DNA of 64,000 bases from Actinomycetota bacterium (GCA_035288045.1 DATEBA010000005.1:23146-87145), one strand, 5' to 3'. Numbered from the stretch's first letter, positions 18,591 through 28,512 are shown. Notes: a model not told the origin generated them from the sequence alone. Numbers and translations: made by a program.

Positions 18591-19286
18591 CTACCGGCGT
18601 CCCTCGGTCCTCGCCCACAGGCCGGCGATCAGGAGCTCGAGGCCGAAGTCGAACTCCGCGTCGAAGTCGCAGTCGGCGAAGTAGGGGAGGGACTCCGTAA
18701 GCCTGGGGAGCTGCTCGGGCGGGACGCCGCGCGCGAACTCCTCGTGAGCGCGGCGGTGATTCTCCTCCCCCAGCTCGAAGGCCTGGCTGAGCTCCATCGT
18801 GACGAACCCGAGGATGTACCCGCCGAAGACGTGGAACGCCTGCACGGTCTCGGGGGTGGAGAGCCCTGGGCTCCGCAGGATCTCGAGGGCGATCTCCATC
18901 GGACGAAGGGCCTCGACGGTCTTCATCGGGTGTTTGCGCTCGAAGAGCAGCGTGATGACGCCGGGGTGGGCCTTCAGCATCCGACGCCAAGCCCGCGCGC
19001 CCTCGCGCACGGCGTTCTCCCAGTCCTCCGAGGGCTCGGGCAGCTCGAATCCGCCCATGACGAGGTCGGTCACGCCGTCGAGGACGTCCTCCTTGTCCCG
19101 GACGTGGTTGTAGAGCGACATCGCTTCCACGCCGAGCTCGCGGCCGATCCGACGCATCGAGACCGCCTCCAGCCCCTCCTCGTCCATGATCCGGAGTGCG
19201 GCGGCGAGGATGCGGTTGTGGGTGAGCGGCTCCCTTGTCGTGCGCGCACCCTCGTCCTGTGCTTTGTGTAGCGTCTCCTCGGTCAT
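18591..19286 (-). CDS. TetR/AcrR-family regulator (TetR_C type)
   Basis: ALRIMDEEGLEAVSMRRIGRELGVEAMSLYNHV helix-turn-helix and C-terminal FDFGLELLI. Divergent from the MMPL gene. Confidence 0.92.
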   Translation of the reverse strand: MTEETLHKAQDEGARTTREPLTHNRILAAALRIMDEEGLEAVSMRRIGRELGVEAMSLYNHVRDKEDVLDGVTDLVMGGFELPEPSEDWENAVREGARAWRRMLKAHPGVITLLFERKHPMKTVEALRPMEIALEILRSPGLSTPETVQAFHVFGGYILGFVTMELSQAFELGEENHRRAHEEFARGVPPEQLPRLTESLPYFADCDFDAEFDFGLELLIAGLWARTEGRR

Positions 19287-19304
19287 CGGGTCACCTTCCC
19301 GGGG

Positions 19305-19358
19305 TTGACACCTTACATCGTACGCCTATAATGCGTACGGTGTAAACATATGGCGTAA
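19305..19358 (+). promoter_or_regulatory. Near-consensus housekeeping promoter of the MMPL gene, overlapped by a TetR operator
   Basis: TTGACA (19305-10), 16 nt, TATAAT (19327-32). The 13-bp arms TTACATCGTACGC (19313-25) and GCGTACGGTGTAA (19333-45) flank the -10. A third degenerate unit, ATATGGCGTAA, lies at 19348-58. Confidence 0.8.
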
Positions 19359-19404
19359 GTTTCTCGGGGTCCCACCGACGGACCCCCGTGGGATGGGAGG
19401 GAGC

Positions 19405-21777
19405 ATGAAGCTGAACCCGGAGAGCCTTGCCAGGGCCAGCAGCCGTCACCCCTGGCGCACCATCGTTGTCTGGGTGGCCGTCGTCGTCGGGATGGGCGCC
19501 GCTTCGAGCGCGTTTCTGGAGGATGGCCTCACGACCGACATCGACTTCACGAACAGGCCCGAGTCCAAGCAGGCCTTGGAGCTGATCGAGCAGAAGGTCA
19601 CGGGCGAGCAGGCGGACACGGAGTTCTTCATCGTGAAGAGCCCCCACCTCACCGTGGTGGACCCCGAGTTCGAGGCGTTCGTGCGGAAGGTGCAGGAAGA
19701 GGTCACCGCTCTCGGCGACCGAGTCGTAGTTCCCCCGGCGGAGGGTCAGCCCTCGAGCGTCATCACGTACTACGACCTCGTCGCCGCGGCCGACGAGGTC
19801 ACCGACCCCGCGCAGCGCCAGCAGATCGAGGATCAGGCCGGGGGTCTGGTCTCGAAGGACGGCCGGGGGATGCTGGTCGCCGTTCCGATCGTGGACCAGG
19901 AGCTCGAGACCGTCGACAAGCTGAAGGAGGTTCGCGACGGCCTCCGCTCGGAGGACGGGTTCCAGGTCCTGCTGGCCGGGCCCGCCACGCTGAACGCCGA
20001 CAGTTTCGACGTCGCCGAGGAAGACCTGCAGCGGTCCGAGCGGATCGGAGTCGGGATCGCCTTGGTCGTCCTGATGGTCGTGTTCGCTGCCTTCGTTGCG
20101 GCACTGCTGCCGCTGTCCATGGCGATCTTCGCGGTCCCGATCGCGTTCGGAATCATCGCGCTCGTCTCGAAGCTCTCCGGGGTTCACTTCAGCCTGTTCA
20201 CGACCAACGTGACCACCTCGATCGGGCTCGCGGTGGGGATCGACTACTCGCTGTTCATCCTCGCGCGGTACCGCGAGGAGCGGAGGAAGGGGCTCGATCC
20301 CTACGCCGCGATCGGCGCGGCCGGCGGGACCGCGAGCCGTGCGGTGTTCTTCAGCGGACTCACGGTCGTCTTCGCGCTGCTCGGCATGTTCATCATGCCC
20401 AACACGATCTTCCGCAGCATGGCCACGGGAGCCATCCTGGTGGTGCTCGCCTCGATCGCTGCGTCCCTCACCCTGCTTCCCGCCCTCATGGGTCTCCTTA
20501 AGGATCGGATCAACTGGCCGCGGTTCTCCAAGCGGGCGCGCGTGGAGGGGGATCACGACCCGAAGGGGGGATTCTGGGACCGGATCACAAGAGCCGTCAT
20601 GGCGCGCCCGGTTGTCTTCCTCCTCGCCGCCGTCGCGGTCCTCGGCACCCTGGGGAGCGCCTACTTCACGATAGACAAGGGGACGACCCAGAGCGCGTCG
20701 ACCTTGCCCGACGACGTCGAGTCCAAGCAGGCCTTCCTGATCCTCGCGGACGACTTCGCGGCCGGCGGCCGGACCGATCCGGTCCAGATCTACGTCGGCG
20801 GCGACGTAGGGTCGTCCGGTGTGCAGGCGGCCGTGGGTAAGCTCCAGGAGGAGATAGCCGCCGACGGGGCGTTCGCGTCTCAGTCGCAGATCCTGCCGGG
20901 CTCGAACGGCGACGCGCTCGTCCTGAACGCGTTCCCCTCCGGGGACGCGTTCGCCAACGAGACGTTCGCCGCGGTCGAGCGGCTCCGCGACGAGATCATT
21001 CCCCGGGTGTTCGATGGTGTGGACGCTGAGGTCCTGGTCGGGGGGTTCCCGGGGATCTTCACGGACTTCCTTGCCCAGACCGACACCTACCAGCCGATCG
21101 TGCTGGGGTTCGTGCTGACGCTTTCCTTCCTGCTTCTCATGGTCGTCTTCCGTTCGATAGTGGTTCCGCTGAAGGCCGTCCTGATGAACCTGGTTTCGGT
21201 GGGGGCCGCCTACGGCGCGATCGTCATCGTGTTCCAGCGCCACGAGGGCGGGCTCCTGGGATGGCTGCACGGCTTGTCGCTCGACGTGTTCAACGCCGTC
21301 GGCTTCCAGTTCCAGGAGGTCGAGGCCATCGAGGCATGGTTGCCGCTGCTCTTGTTCTCCATCCTGTTCGGTCTGTCGATGGATTACCACGTGTTCCTGC
21401 TCAGCCGGATCCGTGAGGAGTACGACAGGACCGGCGACAACACAGAGGCGGTGGCCTACGGGCTCAGGACGACGGCCGGGATCATCACGGGGGCAGCGAT
21501 CATCATGGTCGCGGTGTTCACCGCCTTCGCCGCCGGGCGTCTGGTTCCCTTGCAGCAGATGGGGTTCGGGCTCGCCGTCGCGGTCTTCATGGACGCGACG
21601 ATAGTGCGGTCGATCCTGGTGCCCGCGAGCATGCGGCTTCTGGGCGACGCCAACTGGTACCTGCCGAAGTGGCTGCGATGGCTGCCGAAGCTCGACGTCG
21701 AAGGCCATGCGGCGGCGCGCGAGAAGAAGACCCAGGTGACCATCGACCTGGAGAAGGTACCGGTGGAGGCCGACTAG
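19405..21777 (+). CDS. MMPL-family RND transporter
   Basis: Two repeated transmembrane modules, GLAVGIDYSLFILARYREE, FGLSMDYHVFLLSRIREEY, DATIVRSILVPA. Confidence 0.93.
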   Translation: MKLNPESLARASSRHPWRTIVVWVAVVVGMGAASSAFLEDGLTTDIDFTNRPESKQALELIEQKVTGEQADTEFFIVKSPHLTVVDPEFEAFVRKVQEEVTALGDRVVVPPAEGQPSSVITYYDLVAAADEVTDPAQRQQIEDQAGGLVSKDGRGMLVAVPIVDQELETVDKLKEVRDGLRSEDGFQVLLAGPATLNADSFDVAEEDLQRSERIGVGIALVVLMVVFAAFVAALLPLSMAIFAVPIAFGIIALVSKLSGVHFSLFTTNVTTSIGLAVGIDYSLFILARYREERRKGLDPYAAIGAAGGTASRAVFFSGLTVVFALLGMFIMPNTIFRSMATGAILVVLASIAASLTLLPALMGLLKDRINWPRFSKRARVEGDHDPKGGFWDRITRAVMARPVVFLLAAVAVLGTLGSAYFTIDKGTTQSASTLPDDVESKQAFLILADDFAAGGRTDPVQIYVGGDVGSSGVQAAVGKLQEEIAADGAFASQSQILPGSNGDALVLNAFPSGDAFANETFAAVERLRDEIIPRVFDGVDAEVLVGGFPGIFTDFLAQTDTYQPIVLGFVLTLSFLLLMVVFRSIVVPLKAVLMNLVSVGAAYGAIVIVFQRHEGGLLGWLHGLSLDVFNAVGFQFQEVEAIEAWLPLLLFSILFGLSMDYHVFLLSRIREEYDRTGDNTEAVAYGLRTTAGIITGAAIIMVAVFTAFAAGRLVPLQQMGFGLAVAVFMDATIVRSILVPASMRLLGDANWYLPKWLRWLPKLDVEGHAAAREKKTQVTIDLEKVPVEAD

Positions 21778-21823
21778 CGATCCGGGGGGAAGGCCGTCCA
21801 CTGTCTGATACCGTGCGCGCGGG

Positions 21824-22741
21824 ATGAGCCTGGCCAACGAACGAGAGCGGGTACGCGCCGCCCTGGGGAGGGTGGGCGCCTGGACCTTCGCGCTCGACGC
21901 CTTGCCCGCGGAGGACGTGCGTAGGGCGGTCGCGGAGATCGAGTCAATCGGGTTCCCGGCCCTGTGGATCCCCGAGGGGATGCGCAGCCGCGAGGTGTTC
22001 TCGAACGCCAGCCTGCTCCTATCGTCGAGCCGGCGCCTCACGGTTGCGACTGGGATCGCGAACATCGGCGCGCGTCACCCGATCTCGATGGAGCTCGGCC
22101 GGCGTGCCGTCGCGGACGCGTTCCCCGGGCGACTCGTTCTCGGGATCGGCGTGGGGCACGAGTACCAGGCCGAGGTCCGCGGGACCGACTATGCCCGGCC
22201 TTGGACGCGGATGCGCGACTACCTGGACAGGATGGATCGCGCGCGCTCGAGCTCGCCGGAGCCGGAGGTGCCAGCGCCACGGATGCTGGCGGCCCTGGGC
22301 GACAGGATGCTCGGGCTCGCCGCCGAGAGGACCGCCGGCGCGCACTCCTACTTCGTCCCGGTCGAGCACACCGAGCGGGCGCGCAAGGTGCTCGGCCCGG
22401 ATCCGGTTCTAGCGGTCGAGCAGACTGTCGTTCTCGAGACGGAGCCTACGCGGGCTCGCGCCATCGGGCGGTGGTTCGCCGAGGACTACCTGCAGTCGCC
22501 GAACTACGCGAACAACCTAAGGAGGCTCGGGTACTCGGAGGAGGATGTCGTGGGCTCGGGAAGCGACCGGCTGATCGACACGACGATCGCGTGGGGGGAC
22601 GTCGAGGCGATCGCGGGGCGCGTCGGATCGCACCTCGAGGCGGGCGCCGACCACGTCTGCGTGCAGGTGGTGGTCGAGGACGAGGCCGAGGTCTGCCTGC
22701 AACAGCTCGGCGAGCTCGCTCCGGCGCTCCTCAACCTCTAG
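21824..22741 (+). CDS. LLM-class, probably F420-dependent, oxidoreductase (MSMEG_4141-like)
   Basis: LTVATGIANI, LGIGVGH, LAALGDRMLGLA...AGAHSYFVPVEHT, YANNLRRLG, HLEAGADHVCVQ. Confidence 0.8.
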   Translation: MSLANERERVRAALGRVGAWTFALDALPAEDVRRAVAEIESIGFPALWIPEGMRSREVFSNASLLLSSSRRLTVATGIANIGARHPISMELGRRAVADAFPGRLVLGIGVGHEYQAEVRGTDYARPWTRMRDYLDRMDRARSSSPEPEVPAPRMLAALGDRMLGLAAERTAGAHSYFVPVEHTERARKVLGPDPVLAVEQTVVLETEPTRARAIGRWFAEDYLQSPNYANNLRRLGYSEEDVVGSGSDRLIDTTIAWGDVEAIAGRVGSHLEAGADHVCVQVVVEDEAEVCLQQLGELAPALLNL

Positions 22742-23417
22742 CCTTGCGCCTCAGGCGCTTCTGCACCCTTTCGCTCGCGAGCTCCCGCGCAGCGTCCGAG
22801 CCGACCCACCGCGCCGAGCGCGAGGCGGATCCCCGAAGATCGTCTGCGGTCTCGAGCGCGGCGGCGTTCAAGGCGAGGTTCCTCTTCCCTATGTTGCGGA
22901 GCGCCCAGCTGACGGCCTTCTTGACGAAGTTCCTGTCGTCGGCGGCACCGCGACGGATCGTGGGCAGGAACCGGACGAACGCGCCGTCGCCGGCCGCCTT
23001 GTCGTGCACGGCGAGGCCCGCGACGATCGCGAAGGCGGCCCGCTTCACGAACTCCTCGCCGCGGCGGCTCCACTCGCGAGCCTTCTTCCAGGCGAAGGCG
23101 GTCTGCTCGAAGAGGCCGCAAACCTGATCGCAGAGATCCCAGGAGTCGAAGTCGGCGACCCAGTCCTCCATCTGCTCCTCGGTGATGAGCGCGGGATCGT
23201 CTACGAACCCCGCGAGGATGCGAGCCTCGTGGATCCCGCTCCCCCACAGCCCGAGCGCGAGCTCGTGATCGGAACCCAGACGCTTGGCAAGGGGGCGCAG
23301 CTCGTAGATCGTGACGCCGAGGTCGGCGGGTATCGCGTAGCGAGCCATGCCCTCGAGCCGCGAGGGGTCGGCCAGAGCGTGGAGCTCGTCGAGCGCCTCT
23401 CGAACCGCGCGCCTCAC
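22731..23417 (-). CDS. DNA alkylation repair protein (AlkD-like)
   Basis: LGLWGSGIHEARILA, DFDSWDLCDQ, EEFVKRAAF, DDRNFVKKAVSWALRNIGKRN. Start uncertain (23417 GTG or 23450 ATG). Confidence 0.85.
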   Translation of the reverse strand: MRRAVREALDELHALADPSRLEGMARYAIPADLGVTIYELRPLAKRLGSDHELALGLWGSGIHEARILAGFVDDPALITEEQMEDWVADFDSWDLCDQVCGLFEQTAFAWKKAREWSRRGEEFVKRAAFAIVAGLAVHDKAAGDGAFVRFLPTIRRGAADDRNFVKKAVSWALRNIGKRNLALNAAALETADDLRGSASRSARWVGSDAARELASERVQKRLRRKARG

Positions 23418-23456
23418 GCCCCGAAGACTACGCCGTCGTTGTGGGAGCATCGCTTC

Positions 23457-23855
23457 ATGGACGCCGTTTCCCACCGGAAGCGCGCTGCCGGCGCGCTCGT
23501 CGTTACAGACACCGTGGCGCTGCTCGCCTTCGTGGTCGTCGGAGTGCTCGACCACGGCGGGACCCTGGGCGTCGGCCCGCTCGTGCGCAACGCCGTGCCG
23601 ATCCTCGGGGCGTGGCTAGGCGCCGCCGCGGTCCTCGGCACGTACCGCGAGGGTGGGCTGGGCCGGCTCGCCGCAACCTGGGCGGCAGCCGTGCCCGCCG
23701 GTGTGGCGCTCCGCGGCCTTTGGCTGGGTCGCGACTTCGGAACGGGGTTCCTCGTCTTCACCGGGGTCGCGCTGTCCTTCACGTTGCTCTTCCTCGTCGC
23801 GGGGCGTCTCGTCCTCCTCGGACTGGCCCGCGGACGCCGCGCCGTGCTTCGATAG
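23457..23855 (+). CDS. DUF3054-like small membrane protein
   Basis: Four hydrophobic segments, with D..ALLAFVVVG..DH, P.LGAW and G..LRG motifs. Confidence 0.7.
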   Translation: MDAVSHRKRAAGALVVTDTVALLAFVVVGVLDHGGTLGVGPLVRNAVPILGAWLGAAAVLGTYREGGLGRLAATWAAAVPAGVALRGLWLGRDFGTGFLVFTGVALSFTLLFLVAGRLVLLGLARGRRAVLR

Positions 23856-23859
23856 CGCG

Positions 23860-24015
23860 ATGGACGAGCCCGAGGACGAGGAACCGCTCGATCCGGAGGT
23901 TGCAGCCACACGCAAGCTGCTCGCCTCTGTGGAGGAGCTCCGCGCTCTCCTCGCGGAGCTCTCGGAGGAGGACCGAAAGCGCGTTCTCGATCTGGCGCGG
24001 AGCCTCCGGAGTTAG
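23860..24015 (+). CDS. 51-aa acidic helical hypothetical protein
   Basis: MDEPEDEEPLDPEVAATRKLLASVEELRALLAELSEEDRKRVLDLARSLRS*, packed between co-oriented genes with 3-4 nt gaps. Confidence 0.6.
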   Translation: MDEPEDEEPLDPEVAATRKLLASVEELRALLAELSEEDRKRVLDLARSLRS

Positions 24016-24018
24016 GAC

Positions 24019-25461
24019 GTGGGGGAGTCTCTTCCGCGTCTCCCCGACCCAGGCGGCGACCGGAGCCTCTGGCTCCAGGAGGCCCTCGCCGCCGAGCCCG
24101 GGGAGCCCTGTCCCCCGCTCGACGCTCGCGTGGTGGCCGATGTGTGCATCGTCGGTGGCGGTTTCGCAGGGCTCTGGACGGCGATCGAGCTCTCCGAGCG
24201 CGAGCCGTCGCTTTCGATCGCGCTTCTAGAGGCGGACATCTGTGGCGGCGGCGCGAGCGGGCGGAACGGCGGCTTCATCTCGTCGTCCTGGCACGACCTC
24301 GAGGGGCTTTCCGGTCTCTACGGCGACGAGGAGGGACTCCGCTACGCGAGGGCGCTCGCGGATCAGATCGTCGAGACCGGGGAGTGGTGCGAGCGCCACG
24401 GCGTCGACTGCTGGTTCCACCGCGACGGGATCCTCTGGATCGAGGCCGGCGAGTGGCAGCGAGGGCGCGGGCGGCGTCAGCTCGAGTACGCCGCCTCCCG
24501 CGGGCTCGCGAACGAGATGGTGCCGCTCGACGTCGAGGCTCTTCGCGCGCTCGTGGACTCACCCAGGATCGTGGCCGGCGGATACGTGCGCGACGCGGGA
24601 ACCGTCCAACCCGCGCGGCTGGCGCGCGGGCTTCGTCGCGTGGCCCTCTCCCGCGGTGTGCGCATCTTCGAGCACACGCGCGTGACGAAGTTGGTCCGAC
24701 GGCGACCGGCGCTGGTCCGTGGCGAGCGCGGAGCCGTCCGCGCCGACCAGGTGGTGATCACTATGGGCGCGTGGGCCGCGGGCTGGCCGGGGTTCCGGAG
24801 GACCTTCTCCAACATCGCCGACTACGTCGTCGCGACCGAGCCGATCCCCGCGCAGCTGGCCGAGATCTGGCCGAGCGACGTGGGGGTGGTCGACGGGCGG
24901 GAGCTGATCTACTACCTGCGCAAGACCGACGACGGCCGCGTAGCGATCGGCGGCGGCACGAGCACGCCGGGCTTCGGCGGGCAGGTCGGCCGGTGGTCGA
25001 CCCACGACCGCCGCGCGGCGGAGGTTGCCGCTCGGGGCCTGCAGTGGCTGTTCCCTCAGCTCGAGGGGGTGCGCTTCACCCACGCATGGGGCGGCCCCAT
25101 GGACATGACGGCTTCGTGGACGCCGTTCTTCCAGACGCTTGCGCCGGGCAACCTCCACGCGGGGCTGGGTTTCTCGGGGCATGGTCTCGCGGCGACGAAG
25201 CTGGGCGGTAAGACGCTGGCGTCGCTGGCTCAGGGCTTGGAGGACGAGTGGAGCACGCTGCCGGTCGTCGGTCCCCCCGTGCGGCGAGTCCCACCCGAGC
25301 CGTTGCGCTGGCCGCTCGTGCGCGCCGCGATCTGGGGGCTGGAGAGCGGGGATCGCATGGAGACAGCGGGTCGGCGGCGCGGGCTCCTGCGGCGGGCGCT
25401 GGGAGAGGCACCGATCGGCTACCGGGCGGGGATCCGGGCCCTCCGCGGGCGCGCGTCCTAG
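24019..25461 (+). CDS. FAD-dependent amine/amino-acid oxidoreductase (DAO family, PuuB-like)
   Basis: SLW, DVCIVGGGFAGLWTA, GASGRNGGF, VQPARLARGL, WGGP, GFSGHG, PPEP.RW. Confidence 0.85.
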   Translation: MGESLPRLPDPGGDRSLWLQEALAAEPGEPCPPLDARVVADVCIVGGGFAGLWTAIELSEREPSLSIALLEADICGGGASGRNGGFISSSWHDLEGLSGLYGDEEGLRYARALADQIVETGEWCERHGVDCWFHRDGILWIEAGEWQRGRGRRQLEYAASRGLANEMVPLDVEALRALVDSPRIVAGGYVRDAGTVQPARLARGLRRVALSRGVRIFEHTRVTKLVRRRPALVRGERGAVRADQVVITMGAWAAGWPGFRRTFSNIADYVVATEPIPAQLAEIWPSDVGVVDGRELIYYLRKTDDGRVAIGGGTSTPGFGGQVGRWSTHDRRAAEVAARGLQWLFPQLEGVRFTHAWGGPMDMTASWTPFFQTLAPGNLHAGLGFSGHGLAATKLGGKTLASLAQGLEDEWSTLPVVGPPVRRVPPEPLRWPLVRAAIWGLESGDRMETAGRRRGLLRRALGEAPIGYRAGIRALRGRAS

Positions 25462-25673
25462 CTTCGGAGGGATCGGCGGGCGCCACCGAAGCGACGTTCG
25501 ACGTCGCGGCGGAAACGCCATACCCGGTAGCGGATCACCGAGAGCCCGAGCGCTACGAGCATCACGACCGCGAGCACGATCGACAGCGCGAGGACGAGCG
25601 CCGCCTGGACCACCTGCGTGAGGATCCCCAGCAGAGCGGCGATCAGGAGGAGAGCGAGGACGAGCACCGTCAC
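25458..25673 (-). CDS. Small membrane protein (71 aa)
   Basis: Two hydrophobic helices and a basic tail. Overlaps both neighbours by 4 nt. Confidence 0.65.
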   Translation of the reverse strand: MTVLVLALLLIAALLGILTQVVQAALVLALSIVLAVVMLVALGLSVIRYRVWRFRRDVERRFGGARRSLRS

Positions 25674-26536
25674 GCTTCTATCCTAGCGAGGTTCGCGGCG
25701 AAGCTTCGGACGCGGGCGGCGACTGCGGCCGGGCGGTCCAGAGGTACGTCGTGGATACCCTCGATCCAGGCGAAGCGCAGCGGTTCACCTATGGCCCGGA
25801 CGGCCGCGGCCCCCTCGCGCTTGGCCTCCATGAAGGCGGCCTCCTTCGGGTCCGTGCCATGAGACCGCGCGGCCAGGACGAGGGTCGGCACGCGCACGGA
25901 GCGGAGCGCGCGGCCCACGTCGTGCTCCCAGATCGCGCGGAGGATCCGCATGTGCTTCGGAACAGACAGGCGCCGCCGGATCCTGCCGTCGGGCCCGACG
26001 CGGACGAGGGAGCGGGCCACCGTCCCGCGCCCGTCGGTGAGGGGCAGCCCCGTCGCCCCGCTCCAGCGACGGAGGAACTCGTCGACATGCATGCCGTCGA
26101 TGTCCGGGGGGCGGAGCAGCTCTCGGGCCGCCTGCCAGTCGATCCGGTCTCGCATCGACATGAATCCACCGTCGAGGAGGACCGCGCCGGCCACCAGCCG
26201 CGGGTGGCGCACCGCCGCCTCCAGCGCCACACTGCCTCCCCACGAGTGTCCGACGATCACCGTGCGGCGGAGGCGGAGGCGGCGGATCACCTCGGCGGCG
26301 TCCGCGACCACCTCCGGGAAGCCGTATCCGGCGGCGGTCTTCGTGCTCTCCCCGTGACCCCGCTGGTCGTAGGCGACGACTCGGTGCCGGCCGGCGAGTC
26401 GCGGTGCGACGAGGTCCCATATGTGCGTCGTGGAGGCCAGTCCATGGAGGAGCAGCAGGGGACGGCCGTCGCCCGGTAGCTCCCGGACGGCCAGGCGAAC
26501 CCCGTCCCGCTCGACAATCCGCCTCTTCTCGGGCAT
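25670..26536 (-). CDS. Alpha/beta-fold hydrolase
   Basis: LLHGL, YDQRGHG, nucleophile GHSWGG, C-terminal HDVP. Confidence 0.88.
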   Translation of the reverse strand: MPEKRRIVERDGVRLAVRELPGDGRPLLLLHGLASTTHIWDLVAPRLAGRHRVVAYDQRGHGESTKTAAGYGFPEVVADAAEVIRRLRLRRTVIVGHSWGGSVALEAAVRHPRLVAGAVLLDGGFMSMRDRIDWQAARELLRPPDIDGMHVDEFLRRWSGATGLPLTDGRGTVARSLVRVGPDGRIRRRLSVPKHMRILRAIWEHDVGRALRSVRVPTLVLAARSHGTDPKEAAFMEAKREGAAAVRAIGEPLRFAWIEGIHDVPLDRPAAVAARVRSFAANLARIEA

Positions 26537-26547
26537 GCTCGGCCGCC

Positions 26548-27372
26548 ATGGTACGGGAGTTCCGCTCGCCTCTCGTCCCCGATGCGAACGCCGGTCGCGT
26601 GGCGGTCGTCACCGGAGGGGGAACGGGGATCGGGCGCGCGACGGCGATCGAGCTCGGCCGAACCGGAGCACGCGTGGCGATCTGCGGCCGGCGCACGGCA
26701 CCGCTCGAGGAAGCTCGCGCCGCGATCGAGGCAGCCGGCACAGAGTGTCTCGCTATGCCGACCGACGTCCGCGAGCCGGAGCAGGTCGATGCCCTGCTGG
26801 AAGCCGTCGGCGAGCGGTTCGGGTTCGCCGACGTCCTGGTGAACGGCGCGGGGGGGCAGTTCATGGCCCGCCCCGAAGACACCTCGCTTAAGGGGTTCCG
26901 CGCCGTCCACCGGCTGAACGTGGACGCCGCGTGGGACCTCACGACGAAGGTCGCGACTCGCTGGATGATCCCGCGCCGGAGCGGGTTGGTCGTATTCATG
27001 GGGTTCAGCCCCCGTCGCGGGATCCCCGGGGTCGTGCACTCCTCCGCGGCCCGGGCGGCCCTGGAGAACCTGGCCGGTGGCCTCTCGAACGAGTGGAGCC
27101 GATTCGGCGTTCGCGCCGTCGCCGTCTCATGCGGGCTTATCGACACTGAGGGCGTGCGAGGGTACGGGGGCGAGGCGCTCCTGCGGGAGTGGGAGACGCA
27201 GGTGCCGATGAAACGGGCCGGGCTCCCGGAGGAGGTGGGTGCGACGATCGCGTTCCTTGCTTCACCGGGCGGCGCCTACATTACCGGTACGACGGTGGTC
27301 GTGGACGGCGGCGCAGACGCGTGGGGACTGGCGACCGAGCCCCCGGCGATCAACCCTCCGGCGGGCGACTAG
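26548..27372 (+). CDS. SDR-family oxidoreductase (enoyl/dienoyl-CoA reductase-like subgroup)
   Basis: TGGGTGIG, VNGAGGQF, and HSSAARA in place of YxxxK, a pattern seen in PECR/AtuB-like SDRs. Confidence 0.85.
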   Translation: MVREFRSPLVPDANAGRVAVVTGGGTGIGRATAIELGRTGARVAICGRRTAPLEEARAAIEAAGTECLAMPTDVREPEQVDALLEAVGERFGFADVLVNGAGGQFMARPEDTSLKGFRAVHRLNVDAAWDLTTKVATRWMIPRRSGLVVFMGFSPRRGIPGVVHSSAARAALENLAGGLSNEWSRFGVRAVAVSCGLIDTEGVRGYGGEALLREWETQVPMKRAGLPEEVGATIAFLASPGGAYITGTTVVVDGGADAWGLATEPPAINPPAGD

Positions 27373-27382
27373 CTGCCCGCAG

Positions 27383-28156
27383 CTACCGGCCTTCGAACCG
27401 CGGCTCGCGCTTCTCGGTGAACGCCTCCGCCGCCTCCCGGGCGTCGTGGGTCTGGGCAAGCGTCCCGTAGGCAAGGCGCTCGATCAACAGCCCCGCCTCC
27501 CGCGAGGCGTCGGCCATCGCATCCGCCGACCGCTTCGCGAGCTGGGCGGCGAGCGGTGGTAGCGCGGAGATCGCCCCCGCGAGCTCGAGCGCGCGCTCCA
27601 GAGCTCCTCCCTCGGCTACGACCTCGGTCACGAGGCCGAGCGGCAGGGCCTCGCGCGCTGTCACCCGCGGGCGAACGAGCATCAGCTCCTTCGCGCGTGC
27701 CGGACCCACGGTGCGTGCGAGCCGGTGCGTACCGCCGGAGCTCGGGATGATGCCTATCCCGACCTCGGGCATCCCGAACACGGCCGTCTCGTCGGCGACG
27801 CGGAGATCGGCGGCGAGCGCCAGCTCGAATCCCCCGCCCAAGCAGTACCCGTGGATCGCGGCGATGGTGGGCTGTGGGAGCGCGGCGAACCGCTCGTAGA
27901 CCTCCCCCGTGGCGTTGTAGTAGGCCAGGATGTGCCCGGGGTCGGCCTCTTTGAACTCGCTTATGTCGGCGCCGGCCGAGAAGGCTCGGCCGGCGCCGAC
28001 GACGATCACGCACCGCGCGGCTCGCGTGTCTTCGGACACCAGCGCGGCGTCGAGCTCCTCCTCGAGGGCCGTCGATAGCGCGTTCAGCTTCTCGGGGCGG
28101 TTCAAGGTGAGCACGCAAGTTGTGCCCTCCCGCCGAATCTCGACCAGCTCGCCCAT
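27383..28156 (-). CDS. Enoyl-CoA hydratase/isomerase
   Basis: LNRPEKLNAL, FSAGADI, GGGFEL and GMPE (both catalytic Glu present). Confidence 0.9.
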   Translation of the reverse strand: MGELVEIRREGTTCVLTLNRPEKLNALSTALEEELDAALVSEDTRAARCVIVVGAGRAFSAGADISEFKEADPGHILAYYNATGEVYERFAALPQPTIAAIHGYCLGGGFELALAADLRVADETAVFGMPEVGIGIIPSSGGTHRLARTVGPARAKELMLVRPRVTAREALPLGLVTEVVAEGGALERALELAGAISALPPLAAQLAKRSADAMADASREAGLLIERLAYGTLAQTHDAREAAEAFTEKREPRFEGR

Positions 28157-28230
28157 CGGCGGGGAGCCTACCCCTTTCGCACGACCACGTCGTATGCTGC
28201 CGCCCGCCAGCCGACGCGAAGGAGGAAGAG

Positions 28231-28512
28231 ATGTACGGAACCGTCGCGCGCACGCGCGTCAAGCCGGAGAACCGAGCGAAGCTGCGCGAGGTCTTCGAGC
28301 AGCAGAGCTACGTGAACGTGCCGGGCTACGTCACCTCGTACGTCCTGTGGCAGAACGACGGCGACGCGGCCTGGATGTTTGCGGTTTTCGAAGACCGCGA
28401 GTCCTACGAAAAGAACGCCGGCGACCCCGCCCAGAACGAGCGCTACCTCGAGTACCGGGCCCTCATGGAGGAGGAGCCCGAGTGGCACGACGGGGAGATC
28501 GAGAAGGCCTGA
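28231..28512 (+). CDS. Small ferredoxin-like ABM/Dabb-type protein
   Basis: GGAGG then ATG. Alternating beta/alpha pattern ending in EEEPEWHDGEI. Confidence 0.6.
   Translation: MYGTVARTRVKPENRAKLREVFEQQSYVNVPGYVTSYVLWQNDGDAAWMFAVFEDRESYEKNAGDPAQNERYLEYRALMEEEPEWHDGEIEKA

Noticed and set aside
19291-22065. Very long antisense ORFs (also 4163-6529, 7316-9268, 37109-38821, 45826-47673, 58483-60198)
   Set aside because: Each lies opposite a gene with clear family motifs and translates to low-complexity Arg/Gly/Pro/Ala text. This is the expected shadow of high-GC codon bias.
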